The notes: generated by a model from the letters alone, not told the origin. A stretch of DNA of 64,000 nucleotides from Actinomycetota bacterium (GCA_009711295.1 WLST01000002.1:17220-81219); one strand, 5' to 3'; numbered from the stretch's first letter, positions 9,559-19,509 are shown. Numbers and translations are program-made.

Positions 9559-10161
9559 ATGGTTGACTTTTTAGGAAGGTTTAAAAAACCAAAGCGCGTT
9601 GGAGGAGACGGTGAACTCACCGTGTTTTGTGCCTCGGAACAAGATGACATAGCAATAGATCTTGCTCGCTGGCAGTTACTCGCCACCGAAGTGTTGAGAG
9701 CAGAGGGCGTGCGTGGAGCCGCCGAGATGAGCATTTTGTTTGTGGAGCCTCATGTGATGGCCGAAATGAATAGCGTTCACATGGGTAAGAGCGGCCCCAC
9801 CGATGTTTTGGCTTTTCCTATCGATGCTTTTGTCCCCGAATATGCCAGTGGTCCAGGTTCGGTATCGCGTGGGCCAGACAGAGCGAGTGAAAACATGGAA
9901 GATTCTCCGTTGCTCCTCGGTGACGTTGTCATTTGTCCAGAAGTTGCCCGCTCTCAAGCCCCCACCCATGCCGGAACCTTTGACGATGAAATCGCCCTGC
10001 TAGTAACGCATGGCTCATTGCACGTCTTGGGATATGACCATGCTGAAGACGAAGAGCGTGTGCGCATGCAGGGTCGCGAAAAAGAACTTTTGGAACAGTT
10101 TTTCTGGAAGGCATCTGCGCCACTGAATTTTCGCATCGATCACCCAGAGGACGCACAATGA
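9559..10161 (+). CDS. ybeY: rRNA maturation endoribonuclease YbeY
   Basis: Metal-binding motif HGSLHVLGYDH. Located directly after phoH. Confidence 0.9.
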   Translation: MVDFLGRFKKPKRVGGDGELTVFCASEQDDIAIDLARWQLLATEVLRAEGVRGAAEMSILFVEPHVMAEMNSVHMGKSGPTDVLAFPIDAFVPEYASGPGSVSRGPDRASENMEDSPLLLGDVVICPEVARSQAPTHAGTFDDEIALLVTHGSLHVLGYDHAEDEERVRMQGREKELLEQFFWKASAPLNFRIDHPEDAQ

Positions 10162-11447
10162 TTGCTTCTACACCCACTAGCGCCGACTACTGGATGCTGG
10201 TAGCAATACTTGTATTGCTCGTGTTGCTCATTTTCTTTGGTGTAGCCGAAATGGCTCTCTCGAGAATTTCGAAACCAAAGGCTGCAGCACTGGCTGACCA
10301 AGGTGTGAAATCGGCGCGATCACTTGCGAAACTCGTCACCGATCCGGCTCGTTGGGTGAACCCGTTGTTGTTAAGCGTCAATATTTGTCAAACCGTTCAA
10401 GCCACGCTGACGGGTGTTGTCGCAGGGCGTTTGTTTGGGGCAGGCGGAGTTGCAGTGGGCGTTCTCTTGAACGTTGTTGTGTTCTATGTTTTCGCTGAGG
10501 CCGTGCCAAAAACATATGCAGTGCTGTACCCGGAAAGAGCTGCGCTCATCATTGCTCGGCCAACGAGTTTCATCGTGTCGTTTTGGCCATTGCAATTCGT
10601 TTCACGAGGTCTCATTTCACTGACCAACGTCATTGTGCGTGGCAAGGGGCTGCAATCGGGACCTTTCGTGAGCGAACAAGAGTTCCTCGGCATTGTGGAG
10701 GCCGCTGCTCAAGATGAGGTTATTGAACACGAAGAACGCGAGCTTATTGAATCGGTTATTGAATTCGGCGACACAGTTGTACGCGAAGTGATGGTGCCGC
10801 GACCCGACATGGTGACTGTCGACCACAACATGACCATTACACAAGCTCTCGACGTGGCAATTTCTGAAGGGTATAGCCGCCTTCCTGTTATTCAGGAAGG
10901 CGAAGAAGACATTGATGTTGTGGGTATTGCCTATACAAAAGACCTCATGCGTGCAGAACGTGAAGGCTCGGGGGCATCGGTTATGACCGACCTCATCCGC
11001 AAAGTCGTCATCGTTCCAGAAACAAAACCGGTGAATCGTTTAATGCGCGAAATGCAGCGAGAGAAGTATCACTTAGCTGTAGTGGCCGACGAACACGGGT
11101 CGATTGTCGGCATCATTTCCCTTGAAGATTGTCTTGAAGAACTCGTCGGCGAAATCATTGACGAGTTTGACGATGATGAAGTGGGCGTCGTTCGTCTGCC
11201 CAATGGTAACTATCGCGTCGATGGCAAAATGCCGATTGATGATGTCAACGACTTGTTGGCGACACATCTCCCCAACACCGATTGGGATACTTTGGCCGGC
11301 TTTGTTTTCAACATGGTGGAACATGTGCCGGAACCAGGTGAAAGCGTTGAAGCTGAAGGCTGGAAATTTACAGTAGAAGAACTGGTAGGTCGCAGAATAC
11401 GCACCATTCAGATTTCTGCCCATGTTCAAGACATTTCAGAATCCTGA
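10158..11447 (+). CDS. CNNM/DUF21 - CBS pair - CorC_HlyC family membrane protein (hemolysin-like / Mg-Co efflux type)
   Basis: 429 aa. N-terminal TM helices, a CBS pair region and a C-terminal CorC_HlyC-like domain. ATGA overlap with ybeY. Confidence 0.88.
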   Translation: MIASTPTSADYWMLVAILVLLVLLIFFGVAEMALSRISKPKAAALADQGVKSARSLAKLVTDPARWVNPLLLSVNICQTVQATLTGVVAGRLFGAGGVAVGVLLNVVVFYVFAEAVPKTYAVLYPERAALIIARPTSFIVSFWPLQFVSRGLISLTNVIVRGKGLQSGPFVSEQEFLGIVEAAAQDEVIEHEERELIESVIEFGDTVVREVMVPRPDMVTVDHNMTITQALDVAISEGYSRLPVIQEGEEDIDVVGIAYTKDLMRAEREGSGASVMTDLIRKVVIVPETKPVNRLMREMQREKYHLAVVADEHGSIVGIISLEDCLEELVGEIIDEFDDDEVGVVRLPNGNYRVDGKMPIDDVNDLLATHLPNTDWDTLAGFVFNMVEHVPEPGESVEAEGWKFTVEELVGRRIRTIQISAHVQDISES

Positions 11448-11485
11448 TGCAAAATCAGTGCTTCAAGTGGCACTAGTTTGAGGTA

Positions 11486-12229
11486 ATGGAAATTTCTTTT
11501 GAAGGCAAGGTCGCTCTGGTCACTGGGGCATCTAAAGGTATCGGCAAGGCAATTGCCAAGACTCTCGCTGAGAGTGGTGCAAAGGTCATGTTGTCTTCGC
11601 GCAAAGAAGACGCACTGCGTGAAGCCGCAAAAGAAATTGATGGTGTGACTGAGATTTTCGCCGCTAATGCTGGTGATATTGCGTCTGGGCGAGAATGCAT
11701 TGCTGCCACTATCGAAAGATTCGGTGGTATCGACATTCTCATCAACAACGCAGCTACCAACCCGTACTACGGAGATTCGCTCGGGGTTGATGAAGCTCGG
11801 TTCGATAAAACATTCCAGGTCAACTTAAAAGGTCCGTTGTTTTGGACACAGATGGCCTATGAAATGGCGCTCAAAGAAAAGCCAGGCGTTATTTTGAATA
11901 TTGCCTCTGTTGGGGGAATGCGTACTGAGTCGGGCTTAAGTATTTACAACCTCACCAAAGCGGCGCTCATTCACTTCACTCGGCAACTCGCTAGCGAAAT
12001 TGGGCCCAACCGCGTGGTGGGCATCGCTCCTGGGTTAGTAAAAACAGACTTTGCTGCGGTGTTGGTTGACAACTTTGGAGATGCTTTAGCGAAGCGCACC
12101 CCATTGGGTCGTCTGGGTGAACCTCAAGACATTGCGAACTTGGCTGCATTCCTTGTTTCAGATGCCGCAAGCTGGATTACTGGCGAAACCTATGTCATTG
12201 ACGGCGGTGCGGGAGTTGCACACTCGTAA
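11486..12229 (+). CDS. SDR family oxidoreductase
   Basis: 247 aa. VTGASKGIGKA, NNAA, and the YxxxK context (IYNLTKAA). Confidence 0.85.
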   Translation: MEISFEGKVALVTGASKGIGKAIAKTLAESGAKVMLSSRKEDALREAAKEIDGVTEIFAANAGDIASGRECIAATIERFGGIDILINNAATNPYYGDSLGVDEARFDKTFQVNLKGPLFWTQMAYEMALKEKPGVILNIASVGGMRTESGLSIYNLTKAALIHFTRQLASEIGPNRVVGIAPGLVKTDFAAVLVDNFGDALAKRTPLGRLGEPQDIANLAAFLVSDAASWITGETYVIDGGAGVAHS

Positions 12230-12238
12230 AACCTGGGT

Positions 12239-13372
12239 CTATGGAGTCAGTGTTTCTTTGAGCGCCTGTCGTTGAGGTTTGCCGAGGGCGCTTCGCGGAA
12301 TGCTGTTCATGATGACAACCTGACGGGGGGCCATGAATCGCGGCAGTGACTCAGACACGAAATCTCTCCACTCGACCAATGAATGCGTAGCCGAGATATT
12401 TGTCGGCACGATGAAGGCAACAACTCGCTGGCCCCACTCGTGGTCGTCTACGCCCACAACGCATGCGTCGCTCACGTCGGGGTGATTCATGAGAGCGGCT
12501 TCCACCACTTCTGGCCAGATATTTTCGCCACCTGAAATGATGAGCTCATTTCGTCGTCCGGTCACAGACAGTTGATGATCTGAGCTCAAACTTCCGAGAT
12601 CACCAGTATGTAGCCACCCCTCATTGTCGATGGGGTGACTCAACTGCTGTTGGTAGTAACGGTTCATGAGGAAGGGTCCGCGTACCAAAATTTCTTGATC
12701 TGCCGATATAGAAATTTCTACACCAGTCAGTGCGGTGCGGTTGTACACAACGCCACCCATCGTTTCTGTCAGACCGTATGTGGTGATGACATTTGATGGC
12801 AAAGTAGGCGGCGGTTTCGCTCCGCCGAGGAGGATGTTTTCAAACAATGCGGAATTAATGCGTCCGAGCGCTGTTGCAACAAGTGAAGTATGCGTGATGC
12901 CTTGACGGGCGAGGCTCTCTACCTGTTCCGCATCAAACTGTGGAACGGCCGTTAATTTGCAATTCCATAAAAGTGCTCGAGAAATCACACCGAAACCGCC
13001 AACATGGGATGGGGGTAAACAAGCGAGCCAATGCATACCCGATGTGTCGCCAAAATACTGAGCAACGATGTTGGCGTTGGCGCGCAGTGAATCGTGTGTG
13101 TGTATTACTCCCTTTGGTGTGCCACTGCTGCCAGAGGTAGTGAAAAGCACCGCATCATTCTCGGTGATCGTTGACTCTTGTTTCTCAAGAACGCTGCGCC
13201 CTTCGGGGGAGATGATTTCTTGGACGCAGAAATCTTTAACGAGTTGGTCTCTTTGCTTGTGTGGAAGGCGCTGATCGATGGGAAATGCGCAGTCGCCTGC
13301 ACTCCAAATATCTTGAAGCGTATTGACGAACTCGGCAGATAACGGGATGTCGATACCCACGAGTTTGCGCAT
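12239..13372 (-). CDS. menE: o-succinylbenzoate-CoA ligase (adenylate-forming enzyme)
   Basis: AMP-binding motif TSGSSGTPKGV and a short MenE-like length. It sits beside menA in a men gene neighbourhood. ATG 13372 is preferred over TTG 13378. Confidence 0.75.
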   Translation of the reverse strand: MRKLVGIDIPLSAEFVNTLQDIWSAGDCAFPIDQRLPHKQRDQLVKDFCVQEIISPEGRSVLEKQESTITENDAVLFTTSGSSGTPKGVIHTHDSLRANANIVAQYFGDTSGMHWLACLPPSHVGGFGVISRALLWNCKLTAVPQFDAEQVESLARQGITHTSLVATALGRINSALFENILLGGAKPPPTLPSNVITTYGLTETMGGVVYNRTALTGVEISISADQEILVRGPFLMNRYYQQQLSHPIDNEGWLHTGDLGSLSSDHQLSVTGRRNELIISGGENIWPEVVEAALMNHPDVSDACVVGVDDHEWGQRVVAFIVPTNISATHSLVEWRDFVSESLPRFMAPRQVVIMNSIPRSALGKPQRQALKETLTP

Positions 13373-13412
13373 ATGCAAAGGTTAGACCTCTATTACGTGC
13401 GACACTAATGAG

Positions 13413-14318
13413 GTGACAGATTCGCAATCACACGACAATCAGATACCGGCAGTAAAGCTCTGGATCATGGGCGCCCGGCCCAGAACTTTGCCAGCTGCTG
13501 TGGTGCCGGTCTTAGTGGGGGCGGCATTGGCGGTGGGAACAGCGCATCCGGTGTGGTGGCGTATCGCTCTTGCTCTTGTGGTGAGTCTCTCGTTGCAAGT
13601 GGGCGTGAATTACGCCAACGACTACAGCGATGGGGTCAAGGGCGCCGATGCCGTTCGTGTCGGGCCTGTGCGTCTGGTGGGCTCTGGTCTCGTGGCCCCA
13701 AGGTCTGTGAAGAGAGCAGCCTTCTTGTCGTTTGGCTGCGCAGCTGTATGCGGCCTCGTGCTGTCTTTGGCGACGACCCCGTGGCTCTTGCTCGTTGGGG
13801 TATGCGCAATTGCTGCTGGTTGGACCTATACGGGTGGGCCTCGGCCCTATGGCTACCTGGGACTCGGTGAGATATTCGTCTTCATTTTCTTTGGTGTGGT
13901 TGCGACGTTGGGTAGTGCGTATGTTGTTGCTGAAGAGCTCACTAGTGCAATGTGGATTTCGTGTGTTCCCGTGGGTTGTTTTGCCTGTGCACTACTTGTT
14001 GTGAACAACTTGCGCGACATACCAACCGATAGCAAAGTGGGTAAAAACACTTTGGCGGTGCGGCTAGGTGACGCGCGAACCAGACAGTTCTTTGTTTTCC
14101 TGTACGCACTGTCTGCAGCTTTCGTGGTTGCAGTGGCTATTCAAAAACCAGCAGCCATTCTCGGGCTTCTCGGTATTGCTAGTGCGCGTGGTGCAGTGCG
14201 AGCCGTACGTGGCGGAGCAAGTGGTCGCGACCTCATTGCGGTGCTCGGTGCAACAGGTAAGGCTCAGCTCATTTTTGGGTTGCTATTTTCGCTTGGTCTA
14301 CTCATTGCAAACCGCTAG
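13413..14318 (+). CDS. menA: 1,4-dihydroxy-2-naphthoate polyprenyltransferase
   Basis: UbiA-family polytopic membrane protein with NDYSDGVKGAD and RPRTLP. GTG start; ATG 13467 is an alternative. Confidence 0.88.
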   Translation: MTDSQSHDNQIPAVKLWIMGARPRTLPAAVVPVLVGAALAVGTAHPVWWRIALALVVSLSLQVGVNYANDYSDGVKGADAVRVGPVRLVGSGLVAPRSVKRAAFLSFGCAAVCGLVLSLATTPWLLLVGVCAIAAGWTYTGGPRPYGYLGLGEIFVFIFFGVVATLGSAYVVAEELTSAMWISCVPVGCFACALLVVNNLRDIPTDSKVGKNTLAVRLGDARTRQFFVFLYALSAAFVVAVAIQKPAAILGLLGIASARGAVRAVRGGASGRDLIAVLGATGKAQLIFGLLFSLGLLIANR

Positions 14319-15085
14319 CGCAACAAAATGAATTGTGACACAACTGAGCAGAATTCCGCAGGCTTCTGAAAAGGAACTGAATGGCCACACTGTGGAATGT
14401 GTGCATGCTGTGCGGCTGGCCCGATGAGGGCTTTCATCTCGACGGCAATGTTTGAAAATTTATGATCGTCATCGCCGGTAACGAGAAGTACGGGCATGGA
14501 GAGCTCAGAGAGTCTGTTCCATAAATCTTCTTGAGTACCAGTACCCATTTTGCGCAAGCTTTGAGCAAGTCCACTCGGATTGTTCTTGAGTCGAATCGAT
14601 ATGTCCGTTTCGTCGGGAACATAACCATCAAATATTGCTTGGCGGGTCCAGGTGTTGAGGAACTCTGCAAGCGGAGTTTGTTCAATGTTCTGTGCAATAT
14701 TTTCGTCGGCAACGCGGCGTGCCTCACGTTCCTCATTGCTACGTAGGCCAGGTGTGGCGCCACACAAGACCAAGCGCTTCACCGAGTTGGGTGATTGCAA
14801 AGCGCAATGGAGCGCAATGCGTGCACCAAGCGAGTAACCGATATACGTGGCTTCGCCGCATAGTTCAACAATCTGCTGTGCGGCTTGCCACAGATTGACT
14901 TCCTGCGCACTACTTCCGCCATGACCAGGAAGGTCGACAGAAATGATGTGGGGGGCACGGCCGGCAAGATCGTTGGCAAGTAATGAAGCAGTGCTGTGCC
15001 ACAACTCTTTTGCCTGGGTGAAGCCATGAAGAAGAACAATTTTCTCGAGAGAGTCAGATGGTCCTATTGAACTGTATGCAAGCAT
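14315..15085 (-). CDS. menH: alpha/beta hydrolase, probable SHCHC synthase
   Basis: HGF oxyanion region, nucleophile elbow GYSLGARIA, C-terminal His (CGHSVP). Lies in the men cluster. Start taken at the internal Met (MLAYSS...) because the longer ORF to 15181 overlaps the upstream DsbA-like gene. Confidence 0.65.
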   Translation of the reverse strand: MLAYSSIGPSDSLEKIVLLHGFTQAKELWHSTASLLANDLAGRAPHIISVDLPGHGGSSAQEVNLWQAAQQIVELCGEATYIGYSLGARIALHCALQSPNSVKRLVLCGATPGLRSNEEREARRVADENIAQNIEQTPLAEFLNTWTRQAIFDGYVPDETDISIRLKNNPSGLAQSLRKMGTGTQEDLWNRLSELSMPVLLVTGDDDHKFSNIAVEMKALIGPAAQHAHIPQCGHSVPFQKPAEFCSVVSQFILLR

Positions 15086-15099
15086 GCCTTGACTTGTGT

Positions 15100-15759
15100 T
15101 CACGAGGTGAGGGTTCGCGTTGCGAGCCTTCGCAGTACATTTTCGAATACAGCTACATCTTGCGCGCCTGGCACGGTCCATTTGCCATCAAAGACAAAAG
15201 TGGGAACAGCAGTGATGCCAAGTTCGCCAGCCAACGACAAGTCGCTGAGCACCTCTTCAAGACCTTCGTCAGATGCCAGATATTCGCGCGCGGTCTCTGA
15301 TGTGATTCCGGCGCGTTGAGCGCACGACACCAATATGTCTGAATTGCAGATGTCTTCACCATTGGTGAAGTACGCCTCGAGGAGCGCCTGTTTTAGCAGT
15401 ACTTGGGCCTCTGCGCCATGATGCACAAGAGCGAGGTGCAAGAGGCGATGTGCTTGCAAAGTATTTGCGCGTAGGGCGTTTTCCATATGAAATTCAATGC
15501 CGCTGTCGCTCGCAGCTGAGGTGACGTGGTTGATGATTTGATGTGCTTTTTCCATGCCGCCAAATTTTTTTGCATATCCATCGATGACAGGGCTAGGGGC
15601 ATTCCTGGGCGCAGATGGGTCGAGCTGGAACGGGCGAAAGGAGATGTTGATATCGAGTTCAACTCCTTCTGCGGTGAGGTTCGCCAGGGCGGTTTCAAAT
15701 CGCTTTTTGCCGATGTAGCACCATGGGCAAACGACATCAGACCAAATTTCTACGTTCAT
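15100..15759 (-). CDS. DsbA/FrnE-family thiol:disulfide oxidoreductase (no signal peptide seen)
   Basis: 219 aa. N-terminal CPWCY active site immediately after the start (MNVEIWSDVVCPWCYIGKKRF), typical of the FrnE / HCCA-isomerase-like DsbA subfamily. Confidence 0.85.
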   Translation of the reverse strand: MNVEIWSDVVCPWCYIGKKRFETALANLTAEGVELDINISFRPFQLDPSAPRNAPSPVIDGYAKKFGGMEKAHQIINHVTSAASDSGIEFHMENALRANTLQAHRLLHLALVHHGAEAQVLLKQALLEAYFTNGEDICNSDILVSCAQRAGITSETAREYLASDEGLEEVLSDLSLAGELGITAVPTFVFDGKWTVPGAQDVAVFENVLRRLATRTLTS

Positions 15760-15819
15760 AAGGTCACTCTAGAGCAGCTAAGAGTGCAAGTATTTACACC
15801 AGAGAAGAAATGGTGAAAA

Positions 15820-17568
15820 ATGACAGCACTAACGACGGCTAATGCACAAGCCACTTTTTGCGCAACCTTGGTTGACGAGTGGATTCGCGATGGAGTGCAA
15901 TATGCATACGTCGCCCCAGGATCCCGCTCAACGCCCCTGGCCTTAGCCCTGTCGGCATGTTCTGAGATGTCGGTTGAAGTATTCATCGACGAGCGTTGTG
16001 CAGCTTTTGCGGCTTTAGGTGTGGGCAAGGCAACCGGACTACCAGCGATTGCCTTGTGTACTTCGGGAACTGCCGCAACCCATTTTTCTGCTGCTGTCAC
16101 TGAAGCATCGCTTTCTGGGGTTCCTCTCATCGTGTGTACGGCCGATCGTCCACCGGAACTGCGAGACGTAGGCGCTGCTCAGACCATTGACCAAACTCAT
16201 TTGTACGGATCCGCAGTGAGGTGGTTCCATGACCCTGGCGTCGCTTCGTACGATGCAGCCCACACTTGGCGAGCTTTGGCTAACCATGTGGTAGCCCGAA
16301 CGATGGGTCCCATTGCAGGCCCCGTACATCTCAATTTGCCATTTCGTGAACCGTTGCTCGGCGAAGTGGTAGATATGCCACCTAAGCGACAGCACGACGC
16401 CACATGGTCAGGATTCCACGCAGGGCGTTCGCAGCTTTCCGATTGGGAAATTGATGATCTTGCTCATCGACTAGCAGGACGGCGTGGAGTCATTATTGCA
16501 GGTGATGTGGGAGCAGGTTTTGAACTTGCGACGTATACGTCGGCAGTAAGCGTATTGAGCTCGGTTCTGCATTGGCCAATATTGGCATGTCCTCTCAGTG
16601 GTGTGCGCGGAGGCTCGGCAAACATCGTTTCGCACTTTGACGGCATTGTGCGTTCACAAAGTGCTCACGGTGTATTGGCTCCGGAAGTGGTGTTACAGCT
16701 CGGTAAGCCTCCTGCTTCCAAGGTTCTTGGGCAATGGGTTGCTTCCACTCATGGTGAAGTCATTGCCGTTCATGGCCCAGGTACTTACCAAGATGCACAG
16801 CATGCGGCCTTCATGCACATTGAGGCTGATGTAGCGAACACGATTGACCGTTTGTGCTCGGTGGTCGCCTCCGTTGGCGATACTCGCGAGCAAGACATTC
16901 CATTGCGGTGGAACTCTTTGTGGAGAAACGCTCAGGCGGCGGCGGCCCAAAGTATTGAGCAGGTGTTGTCTGCTGAAGGAGAAGTTTCCGATCCTGCGAT
17001 TGCGCGCATGTTTGGCGAAATATTCTCCGTCGGCGTGGTCAGTTCGTCGATGCCGGTTCGCGATGTTGAGTGGTTTTCAAAAGGAAAGGAGAATGGCGTT
17101 CTCTTTTCCAATCGCGGAGCCAATGGTATAGATGGCGTTATTTCCACCTCTATTGGCATTGCTCAATCTCTGCGCACTCCCGTTGGCGTATACCTCGGCG
17201 ACGTCGCCTTTCTCCACGATGGATCATCGCTGGTCGGGTTGAAGAATCGCAATCTCAATATGCGTATTGTGGTTGCAGATAATGATGGAGGAGGAATATT
17301 TTCTTTCCTTCCTCAAGCTTCACAGGTTGAAAAAGGAGTATTTGAAAATCTCTTCGGTACACCTCATGGCGCAGATATTGCAATGCTGGCCCGTGCTCAT
17401 GGAATAGAAGTCCTTGAACCCAAATCGCTGAGTGAATTGAGTACAGCTATGCAAGGCTCAGGTACCGCCGTCATCTTGCTGAAAACTCATCGAGAGAGAA
17501 ACGTGATTATTCACGAGAAATTGCACGCAGCTATTGCGTCTTCTGTAGACGCTATGACGAATGCATAA
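15820..17568 (+). CDS. menD: 2-succinyl-5-enolpyruvyl-6-hydroxy-3-cyclohexene-1-carboxylate (SEPHCHC) synthase
   Basis: 582 aa ThDP enzyme. N-terminus TFCATLVDEW..., ThDP-binding region GDVAFLHDGSSL...VADNDGGGIFSF. Confidence 0.9.
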   Translation: MTALTTANAQATFCATLVDEWIRDGVQYAYVAPGSRSTPLALALSACSEMSVEVFIDERCAAFAALGVGKATGLPAIALCTSGTAATHFSAAVTEASLSGVPLIVCTADRPPELRDVGAAQTIDQTHLYGSAVRWFHDPGVASYDAAHTWRALANHVVARTMGPIAGPVHLNLPFREPLLGEVVDMPPKRQHDATWSGFHAGRSQLSDWEIDDLAHRLAGRRGVIIAGDVGAGFELATYTSAVSVLSSVLHWPILACPLSGVRGGSANIVSHFDGIVRSQSAHGVLAPEVVLQLGKPPASKVLGQWVASTHGEVIAVHGPGTYQDAQHAAFMHIEADVANTIDRLCSVVASVGDTREQDIPLRWNSLWRNAQAAAAQSIEQVLSAEGEVSDPAIARMFGEIFSVGVVSSSMPVRDVEWFSKGKENGVLFSNRGANGIDGVISTSIGIAQSLRTPVGVYLGDVAFLHDGSSLVGLKNRNLNMRIVVADNDGGGIFSFLPQASQVEKGVFENLFGTPHGADIAMLARAHGIEVLEPKSLSELSTAMQGSGTAVILLKTHRERNVIIHEKLHAAIASSVDAMTNA

Positions 17569-17584
17569 TTGCGTTCGTCATAGC
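17551..17584. terminator. 11-bp perfect inverted repeat spanning the overlapping menD/menF stop codons (possible bidirectional terminator hairpin)
   Basis: GCTATGACGAA (17551-17561), a 12-nt spacer, then TTCGTCATAGC (17574-17584). There is no clear U-tract on either side. Confidence 0.35.
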
Positions 17585-18799
17585 TTTAAATTTTGATTCT
17601 GTCTCAGCAAGTTCTAATTCAGGCTCACTATCGGCAACAATGCCGCCGCCAGCAAACAATCGTGCTGACATGAGGTCTGTGCTGAACTGAGCGCAGCGAA
17701 TAGTGACTGCCCAGGTTCCGTTTCCTTGTGCATCGCACCAGCCCACAGCGCCGCCATAGCGGCCACGATTCATGTGTTCCACCCTGTTGATGAGCTCAAT
17801 GGCTTCGGTGCGCGGAAACCCGCCAAGAGCAGGAGTAGGGCTGAGTTCTCGTGCGATCTCGAGAACGTGAGTATTCGTGTCAGATAACGGGCCTGTGACG
17901 TGCGTGCCAAGATGTTGAACATTGGCAACACTCACCACAGATGGCTCAGGTTCCCAATCAAGATACGAACACCACTGCAGCAATGTGTCGTGCACCATCT
18001 CTACAACAACTCGATGTTCAATTTGGTTCTTCTTGCTCGCGAGCAGATCGGCTGCATTCTGTGCGTCGGTGGCAGGGTCGCCGGTACGTGGCGTGGTCCC
18101 AGCCAAAGGATTGCTATGTACTATTCCTTTTTCCATGTGAACAAGCAGCTCTGGTGACGCCCCGACCAAATGATCAATAGAGAATTGGTAGCAGGTTGAA
18201 TATTGTTCGTGGAGGTATGTCAGAACCGAATGGATATTGAGAGGGGTGTCAGACTTCAGCTCGATATCTCGCGCAATGACTGCCTTCTCTATTTGCCCCG
18301 AACGAACAGCAGATCGCGCTTCACTAACAGCCGCTAGATATGTGGTGATCGGTGTGAGGGGAGTGTTGCTCAGATGGCGTTCAATATTTTTTTGCTGAAA
18401 TACCGGGGGAAGAGACCTCAACAACGATGTGACGACTTCGTCTACATGAACGAGGCGTTCTTTTTCAGACATCTCTGCATCTGTCAACACGGTGATTGAG
18501 GTGTATCCATCGCTGAATCGGCGAGCAAAAATATGTGGCACAAACAGGTCTTCTCGTTCTTCCCGTAAGAACGGGAGAAAGCCAAGAGCGATAGGACCAT
18601 CTTTGTCATGTTCGTCGGTGTAGTGATGTTGAATCTCGCTCAGGAAAGCATGCACTTGAGAAGGCCCGACGCGAGTGAATTGACCAGTGGATGCAATTCC
18701 CTCATCGCCATGAACGAAGAGCATCCCGTCTGAACCAGCAATATTGTGCAGATGTGGCAGGTTGTCTACTGCAACTGCAGTGGCGATGATTTGGCTCAT
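17552..18799 (-). CDS. menF: isochorismate synthase
   Basis: 415 aa chorismate-binding enzyme. C-terminal signature region GRYGGAVGW...AGGGIVADS. Confidence 0.85.
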   Translation of the reverse strand: MSQIIATAVAVDNLPHLHNIAGSDGMLFVHGDEGIASTGQFTRVGPSQVHAFLSEIQHHYTDEHDKDGPIALGFLPFLREEREDLFVPHIFARRFSDGYTSITVLTDAEMSEKERLVHVDEVVTSLLRSLPPVFQQKNIERHLSNTPLTPITTYLAAVSEARSAVRSGQIEKAVIARDIELKSDTPLNIHSVLTYLHEQYSTCYQFSIDHLVGASPELLVHMEKGIVHSNPLAGTTPRTGDPATDAQNAADLLASKKNQIEHRVVVEMVHDTLLQWCSYLDWEPEPSVVSVANVQHLGTHVTGPLSDTNTHVLEIARELSPTPALGGFPRTEAIELINRVEHMNRGRYGGAVGWCDAQGNGTWAVTIRCAQFSTDLMSARLFAGGGIVADSEPELELAETESKFKAMTNAIMHSS

Positions 18800-19509
18800 T
18801 AGTGATTTCGCGTGCCAGAGAGGAGCTGCGTAAGTCCTCCGCTGAGTTGTCTGTGCTCGGCATCGCTGAAACCTGCCGAGCGCAACATAGCGGTGAGTTC
18901 TGCGCGAGGTGGGAGATAAGCGACGCTGCGAGGAAGATAGCGGTAGGCCTCTTTATCTGAGAAGAGAGCTCCGATTTTCGGAACGATTTTTCCAAAATAG
19001 ATGTTGTTGCCAAAACGAATAATCGGATTATGCGGAACACCAACGTCGAGCAGAACCACCCTGCCACCTGGTGTGAGGACGCGAGCAATTTCGACAAAAA
19101 ACGTCGGTAAGTCAACGAGGTTGCGCAGGGCAAACCCACAAATGACTGCATCAACAGAAGACGCGGGAAACGGTAAGCGCAAAATATCTGCTTGTGTTCG
19201 AGGTGAACCTGAACGGTCGAAAGACAGCATGCCATAGGAGAGATCGACTGAAATTGCCATGTGACCTCTCTTTTGCAGGGAAATGCAAAGATCACCAGTG
19301 CCGCTCGCAAGGTCGAGAACACGCGAAGGAGACGAGAGACGGAGAGTCTCTATTGCTATTTTTCTCCATTTAGTGTCGAGACGAAAGGTCATGACCCTAT
19401 TCACAAAGTCATAACGCGAAGCGATGGTATCGAACATCTCCCGCACGGCTTGTTGCTTCGCATCACCCTGGGGAAGTGTTTCTTGTGCTTTATTTCGCTT
19501 AAATACCAC
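18799..19509 (-). CDS. menG: demethylmenaquinone methyltransferase (UbiE/MenG family)
   Basis: 236 aa. FDTIASRYDFVNRVMTF...WRK and the SAM motif VLDLASGTGD. TAATG junction with menF. GTG start. Confidence 0.88.
   Translation of the reverse strand: MVFKRNKAQETLPQGDAKQQAVREMFDTIASRYDFVNRVMTFRLDTKWRKIAIETLRLSSPSRVLDLASGTGDLCISLQKRGHMAISVDLSYGMLSFDRSGSPRTQADILRLPFPASSVDAVICGFALRNLVDLPTFFVEIARVLTPGGRVVLLDVGVPHNPIIRFGNNIYFGKIVPKIGALFSDKEAYRYLPRSVAYLPPRAELTAMLRSAGFSDAEHRQLSGGLTQLLSGTRNH

Noticed and set aside
14315-15181. Longer N-terminal extensions offered by the ORF track: menH to 15181; pgk from 58186; tpiA from 59330; fabG to 39943; the amidase from 4799; the ACAD from 19581.
   Set aside because: Each extension overlaps the preceding well-supported gene and is Arg/Cys-rich. 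The internal Met gives the canonical family N-terminus and a tight start/stop junction.
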